Assembly (NCBI GenBank): GCA_965113315.1
Contig: OZ220367.1
Reading direction: 5' to 3' (one strand)
From: Podarcis vaucheri
Lineage: Eukaryota
Length of the DNA stretch: 64,000 nt
The translations under genes and the position numbers were made by a program. Shown piece after piece: positions 11,884 through 23,915 of the stretch. The first letter of the stretch is position 1; each line of letters starts with the position of its first letter. Under the pieces are notes generated by a model. It ran no database searches, was not told the origin of the DNA, and saw only the letters and a program-made list of their open reading frames with translations.

Positions 11884-14399
11884 TAATTGAATTCATACCT
11901 CCTGGATTAATACATGGCTTTGAATACAGCCCATAAGATTTTGTACTTCTGTGGATTTTGCAATTCGCTTTTCAGCTCGAGAAACATGCCAAAACATCTT
12001 AAGCATGTGCATTTTAGGATCAAATATATTCAGAAATGCATATATCCATGAGACAAATATGCATTTAGATATGAATTTGTGTATATATATTTATTTTTCA
12101 GATTAATGCAGCAATGGGATGGAATAGGCTTTTGAATAATACATGCATTATTGCCATAGACTGGAAATATTACAGGGCAGTTGAATTGGTTTGTTACGCA
12201 TATGGCACATGAAAAGGGGCCCATTCTGTTTTTAATAAAGCCCACACCCCTCCAGAGAGTAAGATGAATCTGCACACAAACATCCTTGTGTGCTATTGTG
12301 TACCTTTAACACACAAGCCGTTTAAAACCAAATTAAAGCTAGGGAATCTTAGACTCATCAGAGAAAGCAATGAATGCTGTTAATTCCAAGTGATGTTAAT
12401 TGTGATAGTTGCTGGAATGTGAGCTTCACTCTCTAATGTGTCATCTCCGGTTAAACTGGTAACAACACAATTATCAGGGCCACTCTTCTAACTTGCAGGG
12501 CCAAACTTGAAGAAGATGAGTACTGTATATTGTAAAAGAAAATATTGACTTGTTGATAGTAATTTTCAGTCAAGCATGCACTATTTGTCTATTTAGAAAC
12601 TTTTTAGCTTGCCTTTCAGTGAAAGCAAAGTGTTCCCAATGCAGGGAATGGCAATATCAAAGAGCCATAATCCAATTAACAAAGCCATCCAATAAGCCAT
12701 AAAAACAAGTAAGTTTCAACTGCAGGGAAAAGCAGCAATTACAAGTCTAATTGATATATTCCATAGTCTGTCTGCTTAAATCTGGTTGCTTTATTGTGGG
12801 AGATGGTTTCCCTATATTGTGTCTTTAAGCAAAACAGCCTCCCACAGAGCTTGCCCTAGGGATCTGTGACGCACAACAGATGCTGATGGACTACAAAGCC
12901 CATCACCCCTGACCATTGGCCTTGGGGTTGATGGGAGTTGCAGTCCAAAATAAAAGGAGGGCCCCAAGCTGTGGTAGCTTATATACAGCAGAGGGTATTC
13001 CTGCAAATGTCCTGAACTCAAGCCATGAACGGCTCCAAAGGCTACCAGCACTTTTAATTGGTCCCAGCCAGTGATGCTCATGCAGTTGTACATTTCCTAT
13101 AACTAGAAGCAACAATCACAACAGCGTCTGCATTCTGCACCTGCCAAATCATTTTCAAGAGGGTGTATCATAGTGGTCTAAATGGAGAGCAAAAGGTGCA
13201 CTTGCAGATTTCCTGTGGTCTAATCTGTGTCTCTCTGGTATTTTGATATCTGAAAGTGTTTAGCTTGATACCTTATTACCTGATCTAATTTAAAGCAAAG
13301 TAAAGGTAAGAAAAATGCAGTGCGGGCTATCTGAATAATCTAAATTTGCAAACATATCTGCCAGAGTTAATACTAAGATGGATCAGGGCGGGGTGGTTTG
13401 GCTCATGAACTAGCCCAGTTTCATAATAATACAGTAAGGGTATGAGTCGAGCTTGCCCAATTATTGATTGTAGCCAAGGACTTTCCTACAGATACTTGCC
13501 TGACATTTTGAAACACCTTTGAGTTGTTGAAGTGAAACATCTTAAATGAGGCTTTCCCCACCTTTCCCTAAAAGCCTGGTTTAACAAATCATGTGTTCCT
13601 TGAGTGCCCTCTTGTGGCTCTTTTTACTTGAGTAAAAAAAAAAAAAAGGCTGTAAATAGCTGAATGGTGCATGTAGGAATTGTGGAGCATTCCTGACAGG
13701 TAAGTTGACTTCCAGGTGGGTACATGGCTGCTGTGCTTTGAATCTTAACAGCAAAAAATTATAAAAGGATCCCATGGAGGCAGCAAAAACGACGCATTTA
13801 CACATTATATAACTTGGTGTCCTATACCGAAGAATGCTTAGAATAATGGATAATCCAGCACAGGTCAAAATCCACGTATTATTCTTTGATCACCATCGAT
13901 TCTATGCATAACAAGCTAGAGGGAATAATCAATAAGCCAAAGTGAAAAAACAATCTTGAAAAATACTCTGGTGATAGCTCATCAATAGTCCTGCAAATTT
14001 CCCGTTGTTTCTGTTACACCACCAAACACTGGGCAGCTTCAGGGTAAATGAGGTCAGAATCTGGCCACAATCCACCACAGACTGACCAGTGCCAGGCAAT
14101 TTATTGTTGTTACTTAACTTTAAATGGCCCATTGGCTTCCTACTATTTGTGGTATGCTTCAGAAGAACTCTCAGTCCCAAATGATTAAATACAAAATAAC
14201 CGTGAAGCAGACAGGTAGATGAAATGGCTCTCTAATGGAATGGGCCTGCTGAGCTAATCACTTTTGCTCATATAAACATTTGATGATATGGAAGGATACC
14301 ATCTTTGTCTAATGCAGCAAAGAAATACTTTGGAGTAACCGTAAACAAAACCTATTTTCCTTCTGGGGTACAACTGTTGCACACTTTGTACAACATTTA

Positions 14400-14650
14400 C
14401 AAAGTGTAAGCATTTAGTGTACAAAGATGTCTAAAGCAACTGATGGTAGTTGCTTCACATATGGCAGAGGGAAGGGCATTCCACAGTACAGGGGCAGCAG
14501 AAGAAAATGCCCTCTGCAGTGAGCTGAGAAGAATTTCCCCATATGATTGAAGTGATCTTACAGTTCTATGCAGGGCCAGGTGGACTTCCAGGTAACCTGG
14601 TCCTGAGTTGTTCAGGGCTTTATATATTGACAATGTGATTCTTTTCATTT
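14400..14650 (-). mobile_element. LINE (L2/CR1 group) ORF2 C-terminal fragment
   Basis: The translation IYKALNNSGPGYL...RAFSSAAPVLWNALP matches the typical C-terminal motif of L2-type ORF2. Confidence 0.7.
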
Positions 14651-14761
14651 TGCCTTGAGAGGGATGTTAAATCAATGTGCATAGTACTCAAGGTTTGTCA
14701 AGTAATGTTGACGTCCATCGGGCAGAAAATCCCACAAATATCTCTTAACCGCCACTCTGAA

Positions 14762-14812
<51 letters not shown>
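14762..14812. repeat. (TTA)n microsatellite
   Basis: About 16 direct TTA units. Confidence 0.95.
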
Positions 14813-15469
14813 TAAACCTCCAATGCAAACAAATTAGATGACCAACAATTTATTGCTCTTCTACCAACTTCCTGAAGTGATTGCTTTACTCTCATTAGCC
14901 GTGCAGCTCAGCTTCCTTTGGAGGCTACCTCAATCTGCCTAATGGTAGGGCTGGACATTGTCCAGGGTTTAATGAGTGAGGCCAGTTTTCTGAGGCCTGG
15001 AAAATCTGGTTTCTAGTTTGGGCATTGGGGCAGAGGTGGCTCCAGTTGTCCTGCTAGATTATCTTCACAAATGATGTCCCCAGGCTGTTGGTTCTGATAG
15101 ACCCCTCCGCAGCTTCCATTACCATCTGCTATGTATCAGGATACATAGAAACAGGTCTCAGAGGCATAGTGTATGGTGGCTCTTGTCAGGGTATGTTTCA
15201 GAAGGTCCTGCTTGGGGATTCTTCTTCCCCATGGACTTGTGGCACATGAGCTGGGGCATTGTCACTGTACTACCCTCTTGGCTGTGATGGCGCTACTGCT
15301 CATCAGGACTAAGATGGGTCAGGGTAGGTGGCAACAAGGGCAGGGGAAACTTTGGGTTGGTGGGAAACTTCGAACTAGAAACTCTTGGGCAAGTCACTAT
15401 CTCTTAGGTGGCCATTGTAGATATCACATTCCCTGTCCCTCTGTATGGTGTCAGCGGACATATAGGTCA

Positions 15470-15877
15470 TGATCACACAATACTTCAAGGACGGCCTCTT
15501 TCCATATGAACTTACCTGGAAGCTGAGATCATCCTCTGAGGCCCTTCTTTGTGTGCCTCCTCCATGGGAGGTCCCGAGGTTGGCAACGCGAGAACGGGCC
15601 CTTTCTGGCTATCCATTTGTGGAATGCTCTCCCCCAGGAGGTTCGGCTGGCGCCTTCATTTTACACCTTTAGGCACCAGGCGAAACATTGCTCTTTAATC
15701 AGGCCTTTGGTTAATTGACATCCGATGCCCTTTTAAATGTTTTGTGGAAGGGGGGGATTATTGGGTTGTCCCTGTTTTTGTTTTTATTTGTGTGTTTTAT
15801 ATTGTAATTTTGTGTTATAAACAGCCCTGAGATCTACAGGTATAAGGCGATATGCAAATTTAATAAATAATAATAAT
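15470..15877 (+). mobile_element. 5'-truncated L2-type LINE 3' end
   Basis: YFKDGLFPYE..LRSSSEALL..RERAL-like translation, T-rich 3' UTR and (AAT)n tail. Confidence 0.7.
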
Positions 15878-17068
15878 ATGTGTTGGTCTTCAAGGTCATT
15901 AGTTTTAAGCCTTTATGTCAAAAGCAAGTGTATTTCTCTCTTAAGATTATTAACCTTCTGCATTGGGAATGAACCACGCATCAAGAGTTGGGAGTGTTCC
16001 TGCTGTTATTTAAATCCACAAGCACAAACTTGTTCTCTAAGCACCATCAATGTTTGCCAGGTGCTGTAGAGCAGAAATGTGACCTGAGTATGAAGATAGG
16101 ATTGTGGTGCAATTTGAGGATGAAGTAATGGCATCTCCCTGTTAAGTATAATAGTGGCACAAAACCACCATTCCCATTTGGCTCTTTTAAATGCTACTAC
16201 AAAACTTGGCATAGTGGGATATGCCCTTGATACTCTAAATGGCATTCCTCAATAAGGCCCATCAATAATTTATCTAAGAGCAATATTTGTAGAAGCATTA
16301 AATTAAACAAAGGTGCCATGGGGAATTTAAAGATCCTCTTCTGCCAGGTTAAATCGGAAGAAGAAGAAAGCAGTAAGCAGATGCCCCATTCCTCTTGAAA
16401 GAAAGATTCCCCCAATTAAGCCAGTATCTCAGTGGCTAACATTAACTCTACCCCATACCGCACAACTGTCCCATTTCAAGCAAGACATCCCAGATTTACA
16501 GAAACTACCCTGGCTTCTGATCCCAACACCAGACGTCCTGTTTGGGCTGTGCCAGAGCGCAGGACCAAAAGACACAGATTTTTTGGTTCCATGCTGTGGA
16601 GCAAGTGTAATTTATCTACTAATTTATCCAAAAGAGATAGAAAAAGCAGATTCATGCTATTACGAGTTGTGTGTGAGATTCCTTCTGCCTTCGTTGCGAT
16701 GTGCTTAGAGCAATCAAAAACAGATTCTTAACCCAGTCAACTCTTCAATACAACTCATTGTTTATTGTTGAATAATTTTCGTATAAAAATCACTGTATCA
16801 ATAGAATAAGGGTTTTTTTAAGAAAAGAAAAGAATCTAAATTGTTCAAATGCAACCAGCACAGACACATAAAAAATATTTTCCTTTTATTTTCTGGTGCT
16901 GCCTAGATCTTGAGAATGGTTTATTTCAGTCCTAAACACACGTATATCCCTGTGGAACATATTCCAAAGTAAGCAAGTATAGTATTTAAGAGCATAAAAC
17001 CACACTGATAACAACAATATTACAGTCAGCCAGGCTTACGATTGTCGCTTATCTTGATAAGATCACCA

Positions 17069-17119
<51 letters not shown>

Positions 17120-17181
17120 TTATTATTTCTACCCCGCCCATCTGGCTGGGTTTCCCCAGCCACTTTGGGCAGCTCCCAACA
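17069..17181 (-). mobile_element. (AAT)n microsatellite plus L2-type 3' end
   Basis: About 17 AAT units followed by CCCCGCCCATCTGGCTGGGTTTCCCCAGCCAC. The same tail occurs at 34945-35010 (+) and 62266-62345 (-). Confidence 0.7.
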
Positions 17182-19228
17182 GAATTATATTATATCTAAA
17201 TGTAAAAGGTTTTCCTTTATGATAACACAAACACAGTGAGCTTCTTTACTCCATAAAATGCACATCTATTGTTAGTTTAACAACATTCAGCTCCTCCATT
17301 TAAGCATTTACAGATGACTTGGTTCAGAGATCTATTTAGATGAATATTTATTAAAGGTAACTGAAAGACACCTTTGGCTGTTTCCACCCTGTTCATTATT
17401 TTTCCAGCTCTATGAGAAGTCTAGTTAATTTATATTCAGGATGTAAAGCATAGTTCATCACATATAAAAACTGTTTGGGAAAGCATGAATTGTAATTTAA
17501 AGGTACTGTGAGATATATAAAAAAGATCATACTTCTGGGTCAAGTCCTATTTATATCTGTACTATTTAAAAAACTAATATAATTGAAGAGAGGCCACCAA
17601 AGAGGTAAAAAAGAAATATAATTTCATGGCCATAAACCAGCGTTGGGTTATGTGAGCTCAAGACCATTGATTTTAGTGTAACGTTAATGTGCATGTGTTG
17701 GCTTTTGATCATTTGGAATGCATTGAAAAGCTACTATCCTGGCCCAGCAATGCCTAATGGAAGATACTATAACCCACCTATTAATATTTCAAGAGAGCAG
17801 CAGGCAAGAGCAGGCAAAATAAGAGATGAAAATCAATGCCCATATAAATGAAATGCGGTTGTTTGGTTATTGGCTATGGCTCTGTCACATCTAACCATAT
17901 GGTTTCAGGTAGTACCAATCTTCACCATAGTAGTCTTATATTGTAAGATGTGAGCCTGGGATAATGGCTCAAAAGATGAAATGGAACAAATAACATGACA
18001 ATCTTGATTTACGTACCCAGATTTGTCTTAGTATTAATATCTGGTCATTGTGACCACAGGGACCCCAAAACATGGAGATAGTGAGTTGCATCAAAGCAAT
18101 AGCCGATCAGAGATTGTCCATTTAGACTGTATACAAGTTGCACCTGCAAGAAAACAGTGATGTGCAGTGTGGTCCTGTTAACAATTCTACCCACTCCAGT
18201 TCATTCCCCAACAAACTATTGGAGTGTGTTTATTATGAATGCATTTGCTTCACCACCACATATCTCCCCCCCCCCCTTATATGTCCTGGCAAGCAGCAGC
18301 AGCAGCAGCATGACTGACAGAAGGACAGGCACATGGTGCCACACTACCATGCTATCTGCCACTGCTTCTGCTCTTGATCTCCAAGGCTTGCCAACCTGCC
18401 CACTCAGTTCAGTGATCTTGAGGGTGGGGGATTCCTGCAGCTGTTCTTGTCCGATGGAATGCCTCGAGCACAGTGTGGCATGTAGCAAACATTGCCCCTT
18501 TCCTTTTACTCCTTCCCCCAATGAATCACTTAGTGATGGGCAGGAAGGGAAGACGTATAGTATATGTATAAATTATATGGACTTGAAATCTGAGCATTTA
18601 ATGCTTGGAAGTACAGCAGTTGACTATAATGGAACACCTAAACAACAGCTCATTGATAAAATAATGCAGAGAGAGTTGTTATTGATTATCTAAAAGCCTT
18701 TCAGTATCCAAAGAAAGAGCTTTCTAATTTGAACTACTGTGATCCAAGAAAATTAGAAGAACTGCCTGCATTCTAATTTGCACTTATCTGACGGAATAAT
18801 AGAATTAGGCTTGTCTGCAGTAATCCCCCTCCCCCTATTTCCACAGAATATTTTCATAGCACAACATCTCTGTGTTAGCAAATGAAGTAGAATTTTGAAA
18901 ATGTGTTGGGCTTTACCTTTTATTAGTACAGACCTGAACATGGGGAGGGAGTGCACAGATACCCAGTTTCTTGATCCATGTAGACTGGATCATGCTCAGG
19001 AATGGGTCAGGTAGTCTGTGCCCAGTCAGAAGGCTACTCAACATCTTCTTATCCCAACATCAGGATGCTTTCAGGAGCAGATTAAACAATGTCCCAGCAA
19101 TTTCATGAAAATACTTCTCAGAGATACAACAGCACATAACAAATAGGGACTGGCAGCCTGGTTTGAGAGAAATGAGTAGAATTCCCAGGCCTAGGAACTG
19201 AATGTGGTCCTTCAGGCCTCTTCCCAAG

Positions 19229-19750
19229 TGTCACACTCTCATCCCAAAACACAACAACAGTGGCTCTTAGTTGAGAATAAGAAAGGGATCTTTATTTCGG
19301 CTAAAAATGTTACAGGCTCAGCAGCAAGCATAGGGCCCAGAAATCAGGATCCCAAGGTAACTCATACAGAACTGAACAGAAGCAATGCAGATGTCCCAAC
19401 AATTTCCCCTCCCCTCCCACCAAGCTTTTAAATATGAGTCAGGGTGAGTTAACTTGCAAGACTCTCTCACTTACATGACCATTTGAAGTCATGCTCTGTC
19501 TGGGTTAGTGCATCTGATCCAGTCCACAGAGGCAGCACTTGGTTACTGGCAACAAGACTGTGTCCTGCTAACTCCTGCTTCTCCTCCACCTCTTCCTGCT
19601 CAGCCCCTCCCGCTGGATGGAGTGTATCCAAACTGTCCAGTACCTTGCTGCAAACACTCCATTTGGGGGGTTTAATGTTGCCTACTGCTGGTGAGAGACT
19701 GTCTGGAGGAATCCTCTTGTCCACTTGGGTATAGGTTGGGCTCCACCACA
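19229..19750 (-). mobile_element. Old LTR-like element, related to 35150-35586
   Basis: TGTCAC...CCACA ends and a minus-strand AATAAA at 19291-19296. Shares the block TGCTCT.TCTGGG..TGCAT.TGA..AGCACTT..ACAAGACTGTGTCCTG with 35230-35302. Confidence 0.45.
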
Positions 19751-20624
19751 GCAGAGCCCCCCCCCCAACTCATCTCTACTCAATAATCTACCCTTCCAGA
19801 ACACATTTTAAAAGGGCCATCAGCCAAAGGCCAGGTTAAAGAGGAACGTTTTTGCCTGGCACCTAAAGGTGTATAATGAAGGCACTTAAGGCATTCTAAT
19901 CTGTATATATACACAGGATACTGACCTACAACACAGTCCTAATCCTGTCTACTACTTGAATTCAATGGAGCTTATTTCCAGGTTTGTGGGGTTGTTGTTG
20001 TTGTTAGGACTGCAGTCTTAGTGCAGCAAACACCCAGAAAGCCAGGATGAAAGGGTGGGAGGAATAGCAAAACAGAGTGATATTTTGAATTCCCTGGGAA
20101 ATAGACATTAATCCATACAATGGCAGAAGCACAATAGATACTACATCTTCACTCCTTGGGGACACCCCCTGATCATATTCCGATCCATTATCTGTATCCA
20201 TTATCTATACTCTGCAGTTTGCTTTCTCTTACTGGAAATTTCGTTTCAGTTGTTGCCAGAGGGCAGATCGCAGGAAGTTATACTGCACAGTACCCAAACT
20301 ATCCCCTCCTTTCAAATATCACGTAACTGTCGGAGAGGCTGTACTGTAGCCTGTCGTCTGCATGCATTATAGCTCCGGTGGAAATCAATAGCCATTCTGC
20401 ACAAAGTATTAACATCTGACAGACGGATATTTCTCAGACATGATTGGTTGCAAGCTCTCTCCAGGCTCCTTTGGGTATTGTGAGGATAACTCCAGTTATA
20501 ATATCAAGAGCGCTTTAAGCATGGAACAGAAATAGTGTATTCTATTCCTCTTAAGCGGAAGAGGTTTCACAGGAGTGCTGGAGCCTTCTTGAGTCTGCTT
20601 TTGCAGAGACAAAGTTTTGAGAAG

Positions 20625-20844
20625 ATGAAGACAGAACCATCGCCTTCCCAGACAGAGAAAAAGTCCTGCAACCAAGTGTTTTGGACAGTCTTCCCTCATG
20701 TCTGCTTCATTTGTTCCTTAGTGATCTACGCATTGCTGGGTGCTCTCATGTTTTCTCATGTTGAAGGCAACAGAGAAAGCAATGAAACAGAAGCATATCA
20801 GACTTTCATGCGACAGCTTTGGAATCTGTCAAAGAATTCATCAG
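20625..20844 (+). CDS. KCNK18: K2P potassium channel TRESK, coding exon 1 (N-terminus, TM1)
   Basis: ATG at 20625. MKTEPS...FPHVCFICSLVIYALLGALMFSHVEG is the K2P TM1 signature. Donor AG|GTATGT at 20844/5, phase 1. Confidence 0.92.
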
Positions 20845-21902
20845 GTATGTGCACAAGTAGCATTGGCAGAGATGTATTAACCCAAGTTTATTTCACAGAG
20901 TGGATGTCAATTCTCTTGTCCTTTTGAATGTCTGAATATATTTGGGCACCTGTGACTCTGCAATATACTGTGTTGGGTGGTTGGTTTGTTTTTTGCTTGT
21001 TTTAATGTGAAAGGATTTCTCATCCTCGGAGGAATCTCTGCTCCCAGTTTCCGAACATCATACTTATCTCTGGTTTATGAAAACAGCAGCTCCTTAGTTC
21101 TTCTTCCCCATTTTATGACTTTACTGTTGTGTAGATCTTTCTCACCCCGCAATCTTGGTCATGGGTTGTGGGGCACTGCCCATGAATGGACATTTTGGTG
21201 TGAAACAGATTCCTTGGTTCCAGTAAAGCAGTTCATCATTTCGAGGCTTTCTTTCACACCAATTACTGTACCATGAGTGCCCTACAATGCTACAATCCTA
21301 AAGTCAAGTTTTGTACACATTCTAAGAAGCAATAAGTCCTTTTCGAGGAATGTGATTGTTCCAGGATGCATCATTTTAAGAAAGAATGGGTTTGGAGCAA
21401 CGGTGATAATTTATTGAAAAAATATTTAAGATCCAAATTTGTCAGGAACATTTTGTTAAAATTATGCTTTAAATTCAATCTCAGGTTTAATTTTATGATG
21501 TTTTCTTTCTTCTGTCACTCCTCAGTATTTTCTCCATGCCTTCGCTCAGTGCTATGGAAAACATGTAAAAGCACATGATTGTGTTACCAAGCAGGTGCTG
21601 TTTGCATTTATTTCAACACCCGCTAGAGTGGAAAACCCCACCCCCATCCAGGAATTAGGGGAGAACAGCTGCCAGATCATAAGCGCCCCCCTCCCGTCCA
21701 ATCATTTCTTTCCTCTCCATGGAATGATGCACTGGAAGAGAGGCGTGTGTGGACTTGTTTTTAAAAAGCTAAATCTCAATAAAAGCCAGCCAGCCAGTCG
21801 GTGCTGAATAATTCAATGGTCCTTAGCGCTTACTTATTGTCCATCATCCAGGACCATAATTTTCAGTTTGTTTAATACTAAATCCCACTTTCTTATGAAC
21901 AG

Positions 21903-22046
21903 GAAATGAGATCTCCTTTGATGAGTTCAAGGAAGAAGCACGTAAGCTGATTGAAACAATTGAATGGGAATGGTTTGGCGACCCTAAAAAGAAATGGTCC
22001 TTTCTGGGCTCTCTCTTTTTCTGCTGCACTGTGTTCACAACAGTGG
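21903..22046 (+). CDS. KCNK18: TRESK coding exon 2 (cap, pore helix 1)
   Basis: Acceptor ...TCTTATGAACAG|G. Translates NEISFDEFKEEARKLIETIEWEWFGDPKKKWSFLGSLFFCCTVFTTV. Donor G|GTAAGT. 144 nt, so the phase is preserved. Not in the ORF track. Confidence 0.95.
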
Positions 22047-22899
22047 GTAAGTATGAGTTTTTGAAAGTATTTTGCACTTGACTTGTTAAGATAATTGAGC
22101 TCATCAGCATGTCTGCAAGAAATATATAAACCCCAGTGGGGACCTGTAGCTTCTTCAGCAACAGCATATGCCACCAGAATCTCAAAGTTACCTACATTAC
22201 ACCGTGAATATAGTCATTTGAGGGTGAATGTCGGTGTCCGTGTACATAGGAGTAACTCTTATTGAACTCAGAGAGATTACTTCCAAATATATATATGCAT
22301 AGGGTTTACGGTTGCAAAACTACAATCCTGTGCTCATTTATCAGGCAGTAAGTCACACTGGATACAGTGGGATTTACTTCTGAGAAAACATGTGATTGTA
22401 CTGCAAGTTACATCAAGGACCTCTCATAAAGTTTTTACGTACAACGTGTTATAAAAATAGCTGAAACAAACAAGTAAGTTAAGTCATCATTGGCTGCAGA
22501 AACTTCCCATAGAAAGATGGGGTAAAGCTCCCAGGATTATTCATTGGGGCAGCTATATAAGGGCGTACAGGATGTGTGACTCATGAGGGTCCCCAGGTAC
22601 ACCAAATCTAGAAATCTTCTTACATTTCTGTTTGGAAAAGGTTTAAAGTTATTGCTGTTAAAAAAAATAACATTTGCAATATTCGAATATAACTTTATTA
22701 TGTCAGTTAGTATTATGTGTAAAGACATGTCTCTAATTTATATACATTCTGAAGATTTGTGCTTCATATTTTAATCCCCAATCAAATCACATCACATCAA
22801 ATCTTTACTAATCTTGTTGATGAACAACATTTAGAGAACAGGATAAAACACATGTAAAACAAATTCATTTTATATTTAATTATATTCCAACAGAATATT

Positions 22900-23168
22900 A
22901 ATACAGTATTAATAATAATAAAGTGATAAAATATCAAACATTAAAAACTTCCCTAAACAGGGCTGCCTTCAGATGTCTTCTAAAAGTCAGATAGTTGTTT
23001 ATTTCCTTGACATCCAATGGGAGGGTGTTCCACAGGGCGGGCGCCACTACCGAGAAGGCCCTCTGCCTGGTTCCCTATAACTTGGCTTCTCACAGTGAGG
23101 GAACTGCCAGAAGTCCCTTGGAACTGGACCTCAGTGTCCGGGCAGAACAATGGAGGTGGAGCTGTTCC
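22900..23168 (-). mobile_element. L2-type LINE 3' fragment in KCNK18 intron 2
   Basis: GGGAGGGTGTTCCACAGGGCGGGCGCCACTACCGAGAAGGCCCTCTGCC is the reverse of the RAFSVVAPALWN.LP motif. Confidence 0.7.
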
Positions 23169-23174
23169 TTATTA

Positions 23175-23915
23175 ATTTTGTTGGCCTCCATCTATCTTGA
23201 GAGACAATGGAGTGTGCCTGGGGGGCAGGCGCAAGTCAAACTGCTGTGCTAGCAGCACTGAAGTGACTCCCCTGGGGCACAAACCAGGGCAGTGTGTATG
23301 GAGGTCCAGGGCTGCCAAGATGACAAGACAAGATCCCCCTCTCAGCCTCTCTGTTGTGGTTCAAAGGAAAGCCGAGCAATATGTTTGGCACCAGCATTGC
23401 TGCAGGAAGGAGGTGTACAAGATGCTGTCCAACTGTCTTAGGGACTCCACTCAGGATTTGTGTAGGGTTTAGTCCTTAGCTTTCTCTTCTCCCAAAGATA
23501 TCCCGCAAGGCAGCAGAGGTTTAGGATCAGAGTTCTCCTTCTCCTAGATGGGCTGCCTTCCCAGGTGTATGAGCCCCATCTGCCCGTCACTTCCCTCTAC
23601 AGCATGTGCAGAAACCCCCTTCTTTCTTCACCATTGGACCCACTACTAGTCTTGCCCACTCAATCTGGCAGCGCCTGTCTTCACGGGCAGGAGAAGTCCC
23701 TAACTCACCATGGGTTTGAGACCCATCGGCTACCCTCACCTGGTTTCGCCAGCCAGTTGAAGTCATTCCTGGGATATGGCTGCTGTCATGTGCTGACAGC
23801 TTCTAAGAGCCACAGGTGAGAGCTGAGTGCAGGGTGGGGACCAAAGTGGACAAACTACCCCAGAAGGAGAACCACGTGTCCCCCACCACAGGTACTACCC
23901 CTCTCTTAACACCCC
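23175..23915 (-). mobile_element. RTE-clade-derived non-autonomous element (probable)
   Basis: GC-richer block within AT-rich intron DNA. Contains TCCTTCTCCTAGATGGGCTGCCTTCCCAGG, which I recall as an RTE 5'-region motif. No intact ORF. Confidence 0.5.

Noticed and set aside
20535-20624. N-terminal extension of KCNK18 in the ORF track
   Set aside because: It starts at GTG. The first ATG (20625) gives a length consistent with known TRESK proteins.
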